From an uncultured archaeon (lineage in GTDB: Archaea > Iainarchaeota > Iainarchaeia > Iainarchaeales > 0-14-0-20-30-16), in NCBI GenBank assembly GCA_964565725.1, contig CAZMGA010000007.1:1-28942 (forward strand): DNA of 28,942 bases, read 5' to 3'. Made by a program: the position numbers and the translations under genes. Position 1 is the stretch's first letter; each line of letters begins with the position of its first letter. Below are positions 16,795 through 24,949 of the stretch, in pieces. Below the pieces are notes generated by a model. The model was not told the origin of the DNA and ran no database searches. It worked only from the letters and a program-made list of their open reading frames with translations.

Positions 16795-17271
16795 TTAATT
16801 CTCTTTTTTAAAGTATGCTTTTAATATTTTGTTTATTATTTTTGTAGTAGATCTTGTTTTTTTAGGATCTACATATTTATATTTAATATTGTTGTCTTTA
16901 AAAAAAGTATCTTTATTTTTCCATCTATTTTTATAAATACACAAGAATTTATTTGGTTTTAGTTTTTTTAAACAATTTTCAGTAGCATTAGAAATATTTG
17001 GACAAATTGCTACGGCATCTACATATTTTATGGAATCAATTATATTTGCTCTATCTAATTCATTATTTATAGGTCTTAATTTGCCTTTTTTTGTTTTAAT
17101 TCTTTTATCGCTATTTATGAGAACTACCACTTTCTCACCATGTTTTTTTAGAGTTTTTAAAAAATCAATATGTCCTAAATGAAGTATATCAAAACTACCT
17201 CCACCACAAACAATAGTTTTATCAGCCCATTTTTTTCTTAATTTATTCAGTTCAGTATATTTTAAAATCAT
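16795..17271 (-). CDS. cytidylyltransferase-like nucleotidyltransferase (HxGH superfamily; RfaE2/FAD synthetase-like)
   Basis: 'CGGGSFDILHLGHIDFLKTLKKHGEKVVVLINSDKRIKTKKGKLRPI' and 'RSTTKI'. Start ATG 17271 overlaps the upstream gene's stop (ATGA). Confidence 0.85.
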   Translation of the reverse strand: MILKYTELNKLRKKWADKTIVCGGGSFDILHLGHIDFLKTLKKHGEKVVVLINSDKRIKTKKGKLRPINNELDRANIIDSIKYVDAVAICPNISNATENCLKKLKPNKFLCIYKNRWKNKDTFFKDNNIKYKYVDPKKTRSTTKIINKILKAYFKKEN

Positions 17272-18128
17272 TTTGACCACAATTTTATTTTTTTGTTTAA
17301 TTCTGTAAAAAAGGTTTTAGTAAATATAGATCTTCTTACAAATATATTTTGAAATTTGCCCCCATTATACTTTGTATTATATTTTGTAATAGCTTTTAAA
17401 GTAATCTTAAATATTTTTTTTTGATAGTTGTTGATTTCAGATCTATTTTTAGAATAAATTATTCTGGAAGCCATAAGTGAACCCATATAATATGATAAGG
17501 CTATTGGAGTATTGGTATTATCTAATAACCAACCAGGGTAATTTCTAAACCAGTATTTTTTACCAAGAATTATTTTTGAGTTATTTTTTATTTTTGGCCA
17601 GAATAATTTTCCATTAAATTCTTCTGATCTTTTTATAGAGAATGTTGGAGGTTTATTATTACGTATTGAAAAAACAGGTACATTAAAGTTTTTATTTAAT
17701 GTATTTTTGAATCCTTTTTTAGAAATTAACCCTATAGATATTGTAGCATAATCATATTGTCTATTCAATCTAAACAAAAAAAATGATTTATTCAAAATAT
17801 TTGTTTTTAATATTGGTTCTATATTCCCACCAAGAAGTTGATTAATTTTTAATGCATCTTTCTTAGAATTATAAATTGCAAACAAATCAAAATCTTTTTT
17901 TGGATTAGGATAATATAATTGAGAACCATATAATAATAAATGGGCATTAATATTTTCTTTTTTAAATTCAGTAATTAATTTATTTAACAATTTTTGTTGT
18001 TGTTTTTTGTTAATTAATTTTTCTTTTTTTGAAAATTCTGGTTTAGTATGCTTTAATTTTAGGTAATTTTTTTCATTTGGAGGAATGTTATACCAACTTT
18101 TTTTAACAAAAGTTCCTTTAAACAACAT
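17268..18128 (-). CDS. nucleotidyltransferase-fold-like protein of unknown specificity
   Basis: 'LLYGSQLYYPNPKKDFDLFAIYN' (GS...DxD). ATG 18128 preferred because the longer track start reads through the tRNA-Gly gene. Confidence 0.55.
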   Translation of the reverse strand: MLFKGTFVKKSWYNIPPNEKNYLKLKHTKPEFSKKEKLINKKQQQKLLNKLITEFKKENINAHLLLYGSQLYYPNPKKDFDLFAIYNSKKDALKINQLLGGNIEPILKTNILNKSFFLFRLNRQYDYATISIGLISKKGFKNTLNKNFNVPVFSIRNNKPPTFSIKRSEEFNGKLFWPKIKNNSKIILGKKYWFRNYPGWLLDNTNTPIALSYYMGSLMASRIIYSKNRSEINNYQKKIFKITLKAITKYNTKYNGGKFQNIFVRRSIFTKTFFTELNKKIKLWSK

Positions 18129-18148
18129 AATTGTTCCTACCTTTACAA

Positions 18149-18220
18149 TGCAGCTGCCGGGATTCGGACCCGGGCCGATAGCTTGGAAGGCAATCATCCT
18201 AACCACTAGACTACAACTGC
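18149..18220 (-). tRNA. tRNA-Gly (anticodon TCC)
   Basis: RC: GCAGTTG TA GTCT AGTGGTTA GGAT G ATTGC CTTCCAA GCTAT CGGC CCGGG TCCGAAT CCCGG CAGCTGC A; no encoded CCA. Confidence 0.92.
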
Positions 18221-18258
18221 AAAAATAGTTAAACTATAAATAATAATTTATGAAATAG

Positions 18259-18266
18259 CTTTTAAA
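18259..18266 (-). promoter_or_regulatory. putative TATA box for tRNA-Gly and downstream operon
   Basis: Minus strand TTTAAAAG about 40 nt upstream of the tRNA 5' end. Confidence 0.35.
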
Positions 18267-18341
18267 TGTATTCTTTTTGACTTTTTATTTAATTAAGTTA
18301 TATTTATATATAATCTCTTTTATATATAAATTAGGATTTTT

Positions 18342-19784
18342 ATGTTGCATTATGGTAAGGAAGACTTAAAATTAATTTTTTCTAATTTAGGGACTATATT
18401 TAATTTTATAGCCTATTTGTTTTTAATACCTATAATTGTAATTTTAATTTATCAAGAGCCTTTTATATATTCTTTAACTTATTTATTTTTAGCATTATTA
18501 GTTAAATTTTTTGCAAAATTATTAAATTTTAAAACAAAAATACACATAGAAAGAAGACATGCTGTTGTAATTATAATTTTATTTTGGTTAATATTTTCTT
18601 TTTTTGCTTCAATACCTTTTTTTATATTAGAAAAAGCTACTTTTGTAGATGCTATTTTTGAATCTGTTTCATCTATAACAAACACTGGAATATCTATGTT
18701 TGAAAGTCAAGATCTTTTGGCATATAGTACTTTATTTTGGAGAGTTTTATTAGAATGGTTAGGGGGTATAGGTTTTGTAGTAATGGCTTTAATGGGTTTA
18801 TTTATGACTTATACTAATTTTTCTATATTGGCGGCATCAGAAGGTTTTTCAGATAAAATTGCTTTTAACATAAAAAAAACATTATCTATTTTTTTAATGA
18901 TTTACATAATAGGTACAATTATAGGAATTATTGCTTTAAAAATTGCTGGTTTACCTTTATTTGATTCAATTTATTATGCTTTTACTGCAATATCTTCCGG
19001 TGGTTCTGAGATGACGGATTTAGGTTTAAAAGCCTATGCTAATTTTTATCCTGTACTGTTAATTGTTTTAGGAATTATGATTTTTGGGGCTACTAGTTTT
19101 ATAACCCATTATAAAGTGATGAAAACTAAAAGTTTAAGAGAATATTTTAATGATAAAAGTAATGTGATGTATTTAATTTTAATAATTGGTTTATTTTTTA
19201 CAATTACCTTAAAATTTACAAAATTAAGTAGTTTTGAAACTCTATTTTATTTAATTTCATCTAGCACTGGTGGGGTGAGTTATAAAAATATTATAAATTA
19301 TCCTGAAATTTTAAAAATAATTTTAATTTTTTTAACATTTATGGGTGGGTCTACAGCTAGTACTGGTGGAGGAGTAAAAAGACAAAGAATAATGATAATT
19401 TTTAAGTCTATATGGTGGAAAATAAAAGCGTTTTTACTTCCTGAGAATTCAAAATTTAGAAGACGTTTTGATAACAAAAATATATCCTATTCTGAAATAA
19501 ATGAAGTTTATGGTTTTGTTTTAATTTATTTTTTATTTGTTTTATTTGGAACAGTTATTTTTATGGCTTATAATTTTGCTGGTATTGATTCTTTATTAAT
19601 AGTTACTTCTGCACAGGGTGGTGTAGGATATACTTTGGGTTTAATAAACAATACTATACCTATAATTTTAAAATTTATGTTAATGTTAAACATGATTGTA
19701 GGGCGATTAGAAATAATACCTGTTTTAGTACTTTTTGGATTTATATCTAATATAAGATTTAATAAAAAAAAATTAGGTGATTAA
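18342..19784 (+). CDS. trkH: Trk/Ktr-type potassium uptake transmembrane subunit
   Basis: Pore-loop segments 'SSITNTGIS', 'AISSGGSEM', 'SSSTGGVS', 'SAQGGVGYTLG'; 'ERRHAVVIIILFWLIFSFFASIPFF'; 'GGSTASTGGGVKRQR'. Confidence 0.93.
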   Translation: MLHYGKEDLKLIFSNLGTIFNFIAYLFLIPIIVILIYQEPFIYSLTYLFLALLVKFFAKLLNFKTKIHIERRHAVVIIILFWLIFSFFASIPFFILEKATFVDAIFESVSSITNTGISMFESQDLLAYSTLFWRVLLEWLGGIGFVVMALMGLFMTYTNFSILAASEGFSDKIAFNIKKTLSIFLMIYIIGTIIGIIALKIAGLPLFDSIYYAFTAISSGGSEMTDLGLKAYANFYPVLLIVLGIMIFGATSFITHYKVMKTKSLREYFNDKSNVMYLILIIGLFFTITLKFTKLSSFETLFYLISSSTGGVSYKNIINYPEILKIILIFLTFMGGSTASTGGGVKRQRIMIIFKSIWWKIKAFLLPENSKFRRRFDNKNISYSEINEVYGFVLIYFLFVLFGTVIFMAYNFAGIDSLLIVTSAQGGVGYTLGLINNTIPIILKFMLMLNMIVGRLEIIPVLVLFGFISNIRFNKKKLGD

Positions 19785-20414
19785 ATGTATATTATAATTG
19801 TAGGTGCTGGTAAAATTGGAATTGCTTTGGCAAAATTATTTTTAGAAGAAGAACACGAAGTTTTAATTATTGAAAATAATGAGGATAAAGCTCAAAAAAT
19901 TGCTGATGATTTAGATATTGTTACTATTTCTGATGATGCTACAAAAGAAGGGATATTAGATAAAGCTAATGCTTATGAGGCTGATGCATTAATTGCTTTA
20001 ACAAATTCTGATGAAGTAAATTTAATTATAGGTATGTTAGCAAAGGAAAAAGGTGTAAAAAAAGTAGCGATAAGATTAGCAAAAACTAATTATGATGATG
20101 TAATATTAAAAAAAATGGGTGTAGATATAGCAATATATCCTGAAATTGCTGCTGCAGCATATATAGAAGAAATTATATTAAAACCAGCAGTATTGGACTT
20201 AGCATTTTTATCTCATGGAAATGCAGAAATTACCGAAATGATTATTGATGATAATAGCCCATATTTAAACCAAATCATAAGTAAAATAAATACTTCCAAT
20301 CAAAGAGTTGTAGGTAAATATGATGATAATAAATTAACTTTCCCCAAAGATAATGTTAAATTAAAAAAAGGAGATAAAATATTATTATTAATCACAAAAG
20401 AGAATAAAAGTTAG
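19785..20414 (+). CDS. trkA: TrkA/KtrA-type potassium uptake regulatory protein
   Basis: 'MYIIIVGAGKIGIALAKLFLEEEHEVLIIENNEDKAQKIADDLD' Rossmann RCK domain plus C-terminal TrkA_C-like region. Confidence 0.93.
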   Translation: MYIIIVGAGKIGIALAKLFLEEEHEVLIIENNEDKAQKIADDLDIVTISDDATKEGILDKANAYEADALIALTNSDEVNLIIGMLAKEKGVKKVAIRLAKTNYDDVILKKMGVDIAIYPEIAAAAYIEEIILKPAVLDLAFLSHGNAEITEMIIDDNSPYLNQIISKINTSNQRVVGKYDDNKLTFPKDNVKLKKGDKILLLITKENKS

Positions 20415-20493
20415 GTTTATTTTAAAAAGGTTGCTATCCTATAATATTATATTACTTTTTATATTAAAATACTTAATTTGGTGGTGAATTTTT

Positions 20494-20898
20494 ATGATTA
20501 TAACAAAAAAATCTAAAAGAAAAAATACAGGTGGTTTAAGAACATCTGTAAATAGAAGAAATAAAACATTGGCACAAAAGGCTAACGCCCCTATTTTAAC
20601 TTCAATATCTTCTAATGATAAAGAAATAAGAAAGTCTATTAGAGGTAAAGGTGGAATAGTAAAAAGTAAAGCTGTAGCTATTAAATTTGTAAACTTAGTT
20701 GATGAAAATGGAAAAACTATAAAAGCAATAATTAAAGATGTAAAAGCAAATACAGCTAATAGAGAATATGCTAGAAGAAATATAATTACCAAGGGCGCAG
20801 ACATATTGGTTGAAGCAAAAGGAAAAACATTAAATGCAAAAGTAACTTCTAGACCTGGTCAACATAGTGTAGTTAATGCTGTTGTAAAAAAAGAGTAA
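20494..20898 (+). CDS. rps8e: 30S ribosomal protein S8e
   Basis: 'KSKRKNTGGLRTSVNRRNKTLAQK', 'NPANREYARRNIITKGAxI'-type segment 'KANTANREYARRNIITKGADI', 'RPGQHSVVNAVVKK'. Confidence 0.9.
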   Translation: MIITKKSKRKNTGGLRTSVNRRNKTLAQKANAPILTSISSNDKEIRKSIRGKGGIVKSKAVAIKFVNLVDENGKTIKAIIKDVKANTANREYARRNIITKGADILVEAKGKTLNAKVTSRPGQHSVVNAVVKKE

Positions 20899-20906
20899 AT
20901 CTCTTT
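20890..20906 (+). terminator. rps8e terminator-like hairpin with T-tract
   Basis: AAAGAG-taaat-CTCTTT, stop codon TAA in the loop, followed by attttctttttttt. Confidence 0.5.
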
Positions 20907-21019
20907 ATTTTCTTTTTTTTATTCTTTAATTTTCTAATTTTTTTATTCTTTATAATTAATAATTTATTTACTCTATAAATAACTAATTCTAATAATTAAG
21001 TCTTATGTATTAATGCCTA

Positions 21020-21027
21020 TTTATAAA
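21020..21027 (+). promoter_or_regulatory. putative TATA box for the nrdR-nrdJ operon
   Basis: 'tttataaa' with imperfect palindrome 'tctatatgtaga' (21039-21050) at the expected start-site distance. Confidence 0.4.
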
Positions 21028-21087
21028 GCTTGCTAATGTCTATATGTAGAAAAAAAAATAAAAAAAACACAACCTGTAGGGGTTATT

Positions 21088-21531
21088 ATGAATTGTCCGT
21101 ATTGTGATTCTGAAGATTTAAGCGTTGTAGATAAGAGAGATATTTCTGAGGCGTTAATTCGAAGAAGAAGAGAATGTAATAAGTGTAAACAAAGATTTAC
21201 TACATTTGAAAAAATAGGGGATGTAGATTTTTTTGTAATTAAAAAAGATGGTACAAGACAAAAATTTGATAAAGATAAAATAAAAAATGGGATTGTATCT
21301 GCAACAAAAAATAGACCTGTTACTATGGAACAAATTGAGAAAATAATATTTAATGTTTTAGATTCTATTAAAAAAGAAGGTGAAATGGAAATAACTACCG
21401 AAAAAATAGGTTCCAAAATTTTAAAGCAACTAAAAAAAATAGATGAAGTGGCATATATTAGGTTTGCATCTATTTACAAAGATTTTCAAAATGTGGAAGA
21501 TTTTAAAAAAGAAATATCTAAATTGGAGTGA
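21088..21531 (+). CDS. nrdR: transcriptional repressor NrdR
   Basis: 'MNCPYCDSEDLSVVDKRDISEALIRRRRECNKCKQRFTTFEKI...FVIKKDGTRQKFDKDKI': zinc ribbon + ATP cone. Confidence 0.96.
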   Translation: MNCPYCDSEDLSVVDKRDISEALIRRRRECNKCKQRFTTFEKIGDVDFFVIKKDGTRQKFDKDKIKNGIVSATKNRPVTMEQIEKIIFNVLDSIKKEGEMEITTEKIGSKILKQLKKIDEVAYIRFASIYKDFQNVEDFKKEISKLE

Positions 21532-21536
21532 TTACT

Positions 21537-23702
21537 ATGTTTTTAAAAATTGAAAAAAGAAATAAAGAAATAGTGGATTTTAATAAAGAAAAAATTAAAA
21601 ATGCAATTACAAAAGCATTTGAATCTATAAAAAAGGAACCCAAAAATTTAGATTTTTTATTAGAACAAGTAATAAAAGAATTGGAAAAAATTAAAGTAGA
21701 TATTCCAAATGTAGAACAAGTATCTGATGCAATAGAAAATGTATTGATGATTAATGAACAAGCAGTTGCAAAATCTTTTATTATATTTAGAGAATATAAA
21801 CGTCAATTAAGAGAAATTTCTAAAGCTTATATTGGCACAACTGAAAAAAACAATTTTGGATTAAATTCATTAAAAATATTAGAAGGAAGATATTTATTGA
21901 AAGATGATAATGGCAATATTACTGAAACACCTAATCAATTATTTGAAAGAGTATCAAAAGCAATAGTTAAAGCTGATGAAAAATATTTATCTAAAAAGAA
22001 GTTAGAACTTTTACAAAATGATTTTTATAATATGATGTATAATTTAGATTTTTTGCCTAATACTCCTACATTAATGAATGCGGGTACACCTGTGGGTCAA
22101 TTAAGTGCTTGTTTTGTATTACCAGTTGAAGATTCTATGTTAGGTATTTTTGAATCCGTAAAGAATACTGCCTTAATACATCAATCTGGTGGTGGGACTG
22201 GTTTTTCTTTTAGTAGATTAAGACAAAAAGGTGCAATAGTATCTTCAACAAAAGGAACAGCATCAGGACCAATATCTTTTATGAAAGTATTTAATACAGC
22301 TACAGATGTAGTTAAGCAAGGTGGTAAAAGAAGAGGAGCAAACATGGGTATTTTAAGAGTAGACCATCCAGATATTTTAGAATTTATATCTTGTAAACAA
22401 CAAGAAGGAAATATGGCTAATTTTAATATTTCTGTAGGTATAACTGATAAGTTTATGCAAGCTGTAGAAGATAACACTTATTATGATTTAATAGATCCTC
22501 GTAATAATAATGTAGTTACTAAAATGAATGCTCGTTCTGTTTTTGATTTGATTGCAAATTTAGCTTGGCAAAATGGAGAACCAGGAGTTATTTTTATAGA
22601 TCAAATAAATAAATATAATCAAGTTAAAAATGTTGGAGAAATAGAGGCTACAAATCCTTGTGGAGAACAACCTTTATTACCTTATGAATCTTGTAATTTA
22701 GGTTCTATAAATTTAGCAAATATGATTGAAAATAATTCTATTAATTGGAATAAATTAGAATCTGTAATTAAATTAGCAGTAAGATTTTTAGATAATGTAA
22801 TAGATGTAAATAAGTATCCTTTACCACAAATTGATTCTATGACTAAATCAACACGAAAAATAGGTTTAGGTGTAATGGGTTTTGCAGATATGTTATATCA
22901 ATTAAAAATACCTTATAATTCAGATGAAGGAATTTATTTGGGTGAAAAAATAATGAAGTTTATAACAGATATAGGTGTAGAAGAATCTGTTAAATTAGGT
23001 GAATTAAAAGGTAATTTTCCTGCATTTAAAGACAGTTATTGGTCTAATGAGGGCTATAAATATATGCGAAATGCAACTATTACTACAATTGCACCCACAG
23101 GAACAATTGGTTTGATTGCAGATGTATCTGGAGGGGTAGAGCCTGTATTTTCATTAGCATTTACTAGATTTACTCATGTTGATGATCAAGAATTAATTTA
23201 TTCAAATAAATTTTTAGAGAAAGAATTAAAATCAAAAGGAATATATTCAGAAGAATTAATGTTAAAAATATGTAAAACAGGTAGTGTTGCTGAAATTCCA
23301 GAAATTCCTGAAGATATTAAAAGAATTTTTGTTACTTCCAGAGAAATAAGTCCAGAATGGCATATAAAAATGCAAGCTGCATTTCAAAAATATACTCATA
23401 ATGGGGTTTCTAAAACAATTAACATGCCAAATTTTGCAACAATAGATGATGTAAAACAATCTTATTTATTAGCCTATAAATTGGGTTGTAAAGGTTTAAC
23501 AGTTTATAGAGATGGAAGTAGAGAATTCCAAATTTTAAATGCAGGTACTAAAAAAGTAGATTTTAAAGAAGAAAAAAAACCTTTGCAAAAATTAATTACT
23601 AAAGAAATACCAAAAGATGAATGTCCAATTTGTCATAGTAAAATGACTGCACAAGAGGGTTGTTATACTTGTAAAAAATGTTCCTATTCTAAATGTTCTT
23701 AA
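21537..23702 (+). CDS. nrdJ: adenosylcobalamin-dependent (class II) ribonucleotide reductase
   Basis: ATP-cone N-terminus; 'FLPNTPTLMNAGTPVGQLSACFVLPVEDSMLGIF', 'NPCGEQPLLPYESCNLGSINL', 'ATITTIAPTGTIGLIADVSGGVEPVF'; C-terminal Zn ribbon. Start ATG 21537. Confidence 0.93.
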   Translation: MFLKIEKRNKEIVDFNKEKIKNAITKAFESIKKEPKNLDFLLEQVIKELEKIKVDIPNVEQVSDAIENVLMINEQAVAKSFIIFREYKRQLREISKAYIGTTEKNNFGLNSLKILEGRYLLKDDNGNITETPNQLFERVSKAIVKADEKYLSKKKLELLQNDFYNMMYNLDFLPNTPTLMNAGTPVGQLSACFVLPVEDSMLGIFESVKNTALIHQSGGGTGFSFSRLRQKGAIVSSTKGTASGPISFMKVFNTATDVVKQGGKRRGANMGILRVDHPDILEFISCKQQEGNMANFNISVGITDKFMQAVEDNTYYDLIDPRNNNVVTKMNARSVFDLIANLAWQNGEPGVIFIDQINKYNQVKNVGEIEATNPCGEQPLLPYESCNLGSINLANMIENNSINWNKLESVIKLAVRFLDNVIDVNKYPLPQIDSMTKSTRKIGLGVMGFADMLYQLKIPYNSDEGIYLGEKIMKFITDIGVEESVKLGELKGNFPAFKDSYWSNEGYKYMRNATITTIAPTGTIGLIADVSGGVEPVFSLAFTRFTHVDDQELIYSNKFLEKELKSKGIYSEELMLKICKTGSVAEIPEIPEDIKRIFVTSREISPEWHIKMQAAFQKYTHNGVSKTINMPNFATIDDVKQSYLLAYKLGCKGLTVYRDGSREFQILNAGTKKVDFKEEKKPLQKLITKEIPKDECPICHSKMTAQEGCYTCKKCSYSKCS

Positions 23703-23735
23703 GCACTTTAGAAAAATTGTGTAAATTATTGTTAT

Positions 23736-23757
23736 GTGTTCTTAACGGAACACTTTT
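23736..23757 (+). terminator. hairpin + T-tract downstream of nrdJ
   Basis: GTGTTC-ttaacg-GAACAC-tttt. Confidence 0.5.
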
Positions 23758-23781
23758 TATATGTTTTTATATCTTATACTT

Positions 23782-24300
23782 ATGAAAGAAATAGAAGTAA
23801 AAATTTTAGAAATTAATAAAAAATATATTGAAAAAAAATTGAAAAAGTTGAAAGCTAAAAAAGTATATTCTGGGAAATTAGTTTCATATTTTTTTGATAC
23901 TACTACCAATTCTTTAAAATCTAAAGGTATTCAATTAAGATTACGCGTAAGTAATAAAGATTGTATATTAACTGTTAAAAGAAAAATTTCGCAAAAAGAA
24001 ACTAAAAATTCAAATGAATTTGAAATTACTGTTTCAAGTTATAAGGAAACAAAAAATATATTAGAATTATTAGGTTTTAAATTAAAATATCAATTAGAAA
24101 AAAATAGAACGTCTTATGTTTTAAAAGATGTAAGATTTGAATTAGATAAACCTAAAGAAAAAGTGCCTTTATTTTTAGAAATTGAAGCAAAAAATAGAAA
24201 AATTATAGAAAAATACGTAAAACTTTTAGGATATAAAATGTCTCAAACTAAAAATTTTACTTATCGAGATGTATTAAGACATTATAATATTTTAAGGTGA
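23782..24300 (+). CDS. CYTH-domain protein (CyaB/class IV adenylate cyclase-like)
   Basis: 'MKEIEVKIL', 'FFDTTTNSLKSKGIQLRLRVSN', 'LTVKRK', 'VRFELDKPKEKVPLFLEIEAKN'. Confidence 0.83.
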   Translation: MKEIEVKILEINKKYIEKKLKKLKAKKVYSGKLVSYFFDTTTNSLKSKGIQLRLRVSNKDCILTVKRKISQKETKNSNEFEITVSSYKETKNILELLGFKLKYQLEKNRTSYVLKDVRFELDKPKEKVPLFLEIEAKNRKIIEKYVKLLGYKMSQTKNFTYRDVLRHYNILR

Positions 24301-24301
24301 A

Positions 24302-24409
24302 AATATGCTAATAATAAATACCGGAGATGGCGCAAAAATGGCTTTGCTAAAAAGAGCTTTTTGTGTTTTAGGAGGTATTTAATATGCTAATAATAAATAC
24401 CGGAGATGG
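24302..24409 (+). repeat. 29-bp perfect direct repeat (24302-24330 and 24381-24409), offset 79 bp
   Basis: Both copies read aatatgctaataataaataccggagatgg and cover the first codons of the adenosyltransferase gene. Confidence 0.95.
24305..24382 (+). CDS. 25-codon mini-ORF, truncated P-loop decoy/leader peptide (speculative)
   Basis: MLIINTGDGAKMALLKRAFCVLGGI*; SD-like 'aaggtga' 5' of ATG; stop 1 nt before the next ATG. Confidence 0.35.
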   Translation: MLIINTGDGAKMALLKRAFCVLGGI

Positions 24410-24884
24410 TAAAGGAAAAACTACTAGTGCAATAGGTATTGTATTAAGATCTTTAGTTTTAAATAAAAAAGTTTTAATTATTCAGTTTATGAAACCACAA
24501 AAAGAAAAATCTATTGAATTTTTATGTGATAAATTTCCAAATTTAGTTTGTTATAATCATGGAATTAATAAATTTATAAGTGCTAATAATGTGCCATTAG
24601 AATTAACAAAAAAATGTCAATTGGGTTTTGAGGACTTAAAAGCAAATATTGATAAATTTGATTTAATTTTTGTTGATGAACTTTTTTCTGCAATTTATTT
24701 TAAATTATTAGATCAAAAAGAAGTTTTGGATTTTATTTTAAGTTATAAAAATAAAGATTTTATTTTGACTGGCAGAAAATGTCCTAAAGAATTTATTGAT
24801 ATTGCAGATATAGTTTCTGAAATGAAAAAAATAAAACATCATTATGATAAAGGTATTTTAGCAAAAGAAGGCATTGATTATTAA
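24384..24884 (+). CDS. cobO: cob(I)yrinic acid a,c-diamide adenosyltransferase (CobA/BtuR family)
   Basis: 'MLIINTGDGKGKTTSAIGIVLRSL', 'VLIIQFMKP', 'FDLIFVDE', 'FILTGRKCPKEFIDIADIVSEMKKIKHHYDKG'. Confidence 0.88.
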   Translation: MLIINTGDGKGKTTSAIGIVLRSLVLNKKVLIIQFMKPQKEKSIEFLCDKFPNLVCYNHGINKFISANNVPLELTKKCQLGFEDLKANIDKFDLIFVDELFSAIYFKLLDQKEVLDFILSYKNKDFILTGRKCPKEFIDIADIVSEMKKIKHHYDKGILAKEGIDY

Positions 24885-24949
24885 ACATTTTAAAAATTTA
24901 TAGTTGAATATTCAGTTTATTTTATATATTTTTATATTCTTATTTTGTA

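Noticed and set aside
18129-18206. N-terminal extension of the 17268..18206 ORF (MVRMIAFQAIGPGPNPGSC...)
   Set aside because: The extension is translation of the tRNA-Gly gene; the real start is taken as ATG at 18128.
18479-23459. ORFs at 18479, 20439, 21033, 22181 and 23262 on the minus strand
   Set aside because: Each is fully or mostly antisense to trkH, rps8e, nrdR or nrdJ, which have strong family signatures.
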